NCBI GenBank assembly: GCA_965198225.1
Contig: CBDAOY010000006.1
Span: forward strand, 256,001-320,000
Length of the DNA: 64,000 nt
Source of the DNA: Terriglobia bacterium
GTDB lineage: Bacteria > Acidobacteriota > Terriglobia > 20CM-2-55-15
Reading direction: 5' to 3'
The notes beneath the pieces are model-generated. The model ran no database searches, was not told the DNA's origin, and saw only the letters and a list, made by a program, of their open reading frames with translations. Below, piece after piece: positions 61,630 through 64,000 of the stretch; the stretch's first letter is position 1, and each line of letters starts with the position of its first letter. A program made the position numbers and the translations under genes.

Positions 61630-64000
61630 TCACGGCACCCGTTCCCTCAGTTCTTCAATCCAGTTGATGATGACGTTGACTTGCAGGGATTGCGTGGCGG
61701 CGGCACTACCGGTTGTCAGTCTTACGACGAACTTCTGGCCATCCTCAGTGACATCGTAGCTTCTCCGACCAAACATATTCGGAGGCGCAACGCTCGCGTC
61801 GCGGGGAAACAACTCCACGGGATTGCCACGGTCGAAGGTCGGCTCGGTCTCGACCTCGATAACCTGAAACGAATCACGAGCGCCAGTGTCCGCGTATACG
61901 AGTTCCTGTCCGTTCCGGATCCACACGGGAGCCGACGCAGCGTCGGTCGAGATGGATATCGGACCCGCATCACCCTCGACCGGATACGGCTGCACGTAAA
62001 GCTGCCCCTCGCCCAGCTCATAGACGAAGAAGCGGCCGTCCGGCGAAAAATCGGCATCGCGACCTCTCGGTACGATGACTCCCGCGGGAGCAGAGTCATC
62101 GTACCGGGTGCCTCTTTCCCAGGCATGAATCCCCTCACCGGAAACGAACAGCAGGACATCTCCGTCCGGCGACCAGGCGAAGGGTCCGAAGGGTTCATCC
62201 ACCTCGGTTCCGGGGAGCAACGTCGGAGTCCCGCCTGGAGCCGATGGAGTTGTCCACAGCGCTTTGCCACTTAGAAACGTGATGTCGGCCCCGTCATGTG
62301 ACCATAAAGGGCGTGTTCCACGCGCAATCCGATTCCATTGGTCATCTTGAATGTTGTAGATCCAAATGTTCGATCCGTCGTCGTCGTCAACTTGTACAGC
62401 GACGCGCAAATCGTCTGGAGAGAATCTCGGAAAGATGTAAAGCTGGGGGTCAGCCGTGAGCACTTCAGGCGTTCCGTCGCGGTCCAGGAATGCGAGGCCC
62501 CGCTCCGCACTGGCACCACCCGGAATGTGGACGAGAGTTCCCTGGGCAGAGACATCGTACTGCCCACTCCCGGTGGCGAAATCCATACCATTCGCTCGCT
62601 GGGTTCCGGCAACGATGGGCACCGGCCCTCCGGTAGTCGTGAGTGTTTGCGGATCGAATCGAAGTGCGACCAGGTCACTCTCCAGCGCGAACACAAGATG
62701 TCCGGTCTCAATGTAACGAGCGTCGCTGCCCCCGTCCCAGATGACCGTTCGATTTCCGGTTCCGGGAGTTTCAGCCACGATCTGGGCTTCGTCCCATCGG
62801 GCAATACCGGTTACCGACGTCAGAGAGAACAGGACCGTCTCGCCGTCGGGTAGCATCTGGGGTCCGTCGGCTTGTTCGCCGGGTTCGGTTGCGATCAGCA
62901 TCGTCGCCGTACCGCCGTCTGCCGGAACCGTCATGATCCCTCCGGGCTGTCCGTAAAGGATCCTGCCGTCGGGTCCCCAACTTGCACCAAACAGATTAGT
63001 GGCCGGTGTAATGGGCACTGGAATACCACCCTCCACCGAGACCCTCTTGATCTGGTTGTCCCTGGCGGAAAAGAACCCAATCGAGTTGCCGTCGGGCGAG
63101 AAGAACGGCATCGCCAGGACCTCGTTTGTACCCGCAATGGGACGGGCTTGCTGCTCATCCAGTTTCTTAAGGTACAACTGGTCGTTGGCAACGTAGACGA
63201 ATTGCGATCCGTCGGGCGCAACGGCCAACACCGGACGCCCCTGGCGGGTGAAAACCTGGTTTGCGGGCAGGACAAACGGGAAGCGGACTACGCGCTTTTC
63301 TTCCGGCAACGGTTCGGGCTTCAGGTTCCACGTGGCGATGACGGCTACGACTGCAACGAAGACAAGGGCGGCAACCCACGGAAGAATCGGTCGCTGTCCA
63401 AGCTCGCCTGAAGCCAGCATGACCTGGCTACCGCCCGGGTCTGCCAGAACCTGCTCCAACTCCACACGCACGTCCCCAATGTCATGCCATCGCTGCTTCG
63501 GCTCCTTCTCCAGACACCTCCGGAGCAGATCCCGCAACTTCGGATGAATCGTCGGGGGCAATCCCTTGTAGTCGGGATCGGATTTCAACACCGACGCCAT
63601 CACGTCCGACATCAACTCACCCCGGAACACCTGGCGGCCCGAAAGCATTTCGTAGAGGACACAGCCGAAGGCCCAGATATCGGCGCGCTTGTCGACCGTC
63701 ACGCCCCGTGCCTGCTCGGGGGACATGTATGCGGCTGTTCCCAGGATCACGCCTTGTTGGGTTGCGGCCATGCTGAGCGTGGGGGACTGCGACAGGCTCA
63801 CGTCCACACCATCCCCGGCAAACGCCTTTGCCAGTCCGAAGTCCAGGACCTTGATCTTCCCGTCGGGCGTGACCTTGATGTTCTCGGGCTTCAGGTCGCG
63901 GTGGATGACACCCTTCTCGTGTGCGGCTTCCAACGCTTCAGCGATCTGGAGCGCGAGTTCGAGGGATTCTTCCACAGCGACGGCGCCGCGCTTCAACCGG
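61630..64000 (-). CDS. K12: Ser/Thr kinase - TM - beta-propeller receptor (5' end outside window)
   Basis: HRDLKPEN, DFG, TM, propeller repeats, ends INWIEELRERVP. Confidence 0.9.
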   Translation of the reverse strand, partial: RLKRGAVAVEESLELALQIAEALEAAHEKGVIHRDLKPENIKVTPDGKIKVLDFGLAKAFAGDGVDVSLSQSPTLSMAATQQGVILGTAAYMSPEQARGVTVDKRADIWAFGCVLYEMLSGRQVFRGELMSDVMASVLKSDPDYKGLPPTIHPKLRDLLRRCLEKEPKQRWHDIGDVRVELEQVLADPGGSQVMLASGELGQRPILPWVAALVFVAVVAVIATWNLKPEPLPEEKRVVRFPFVLPANQVFTRQGRPVLAVAPDGSQFVYVANDQLYLKKLDEQQARPIAGTNEVLAMPFFSPDGNSIGFFSARDNQIKRVSVEGGIPVPITPATNLFGASWGPDGRILYGQPGGIMTVPADGGTATMLIATEPGEQADGPQMLPDGETVLFSLTSVTGIARWDEAQIVAETPGTGNRTVIWDGGSDARYIETGHLVFALESDLVALRFDPQTLTTTGGPVPIVAGTQRANGMDFATGSGQYDVSAQGTLVHIPGGASAERGLAFLDRDGTPEVLTADPQLYIFPRFSPDDLRVAVQVDDDDGSNIWIYNIQDDQWNRIARGTRPLWSHDGADITFLSGKALWTTPSAPGGTPTLLPGTEVDEPFGPFAWSPDGDVLLFVSGEGIHAWERGTRYDDSAPAGVIVPRGRDADFSPDGRFFVYELGEGQLYVQPYPVEGDAGPISISTDAASAPVWIRNGQELVYADTGARDSFQVIEVETEPTFDRGNPVELFPRDASVAPPNMFGRRSYDVTEDGQKFVVRLTTGSAAATQSLQVNVIINWIEELRERVP

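Noticed and set aside
22120-63547. Recurrent plus-strand ORFs antisense to the kinases
   Set aside because: They recur only because the kinase DNA is repeated; no independent coding evidence
22022-64000. CRISPR-like reading of the periodic junction repeats
   Set aside because: Repeats are coding and ~2.7 kb apart; no short repeat-spacer array or cas gene

Overview
GC-rich bacterial window, probably Acidobacteriota-like (inferred from gene content, not verified). About 1-15 kb is intact core genome: efp, nrfHA, a cyclase, selA, purH, a TPR protein, an ECF sigma/anti-sigma pair, lysA, and a cation:proton antiporter bracketed by two copies of a ~275-bp MITE. From a comM-like remnant at ~16.6 kb onward the window is accessory. 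Its dominant feature is a ~42-kb minus-strand cluster of 12 paralogous Ser/Thr kinase - TM - TolB/PD40-like beta-propeller receptor genes (K1-K12) plus two fragments. They are arranged in translationally coupled sub-operons with conserved gene-junction sequences, near-constant kinase 5' ends, highly divergent sensor domains, a recent ~3-kb duplication with patchy hypervariation, and many decayed copies. Embedded in the cluster are a two-cassette integron-type array (two toxin-antitoxin cassettes with attC sites, no intI) whose first attC core carries an ORF-deleted group II intron, two IS5-family copies, an IS1182, an IS110 remnant with signs of chimeric consensus, an amidase and a beta-propeller/diheme cytochrome pair. 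An IS256, hicAB and a lipase/SGNH pair lie just left of the cluster. No rRNA, tRNA or CRISPR array was seen. All calls come from reading the sequence by eye; no database searches were run.
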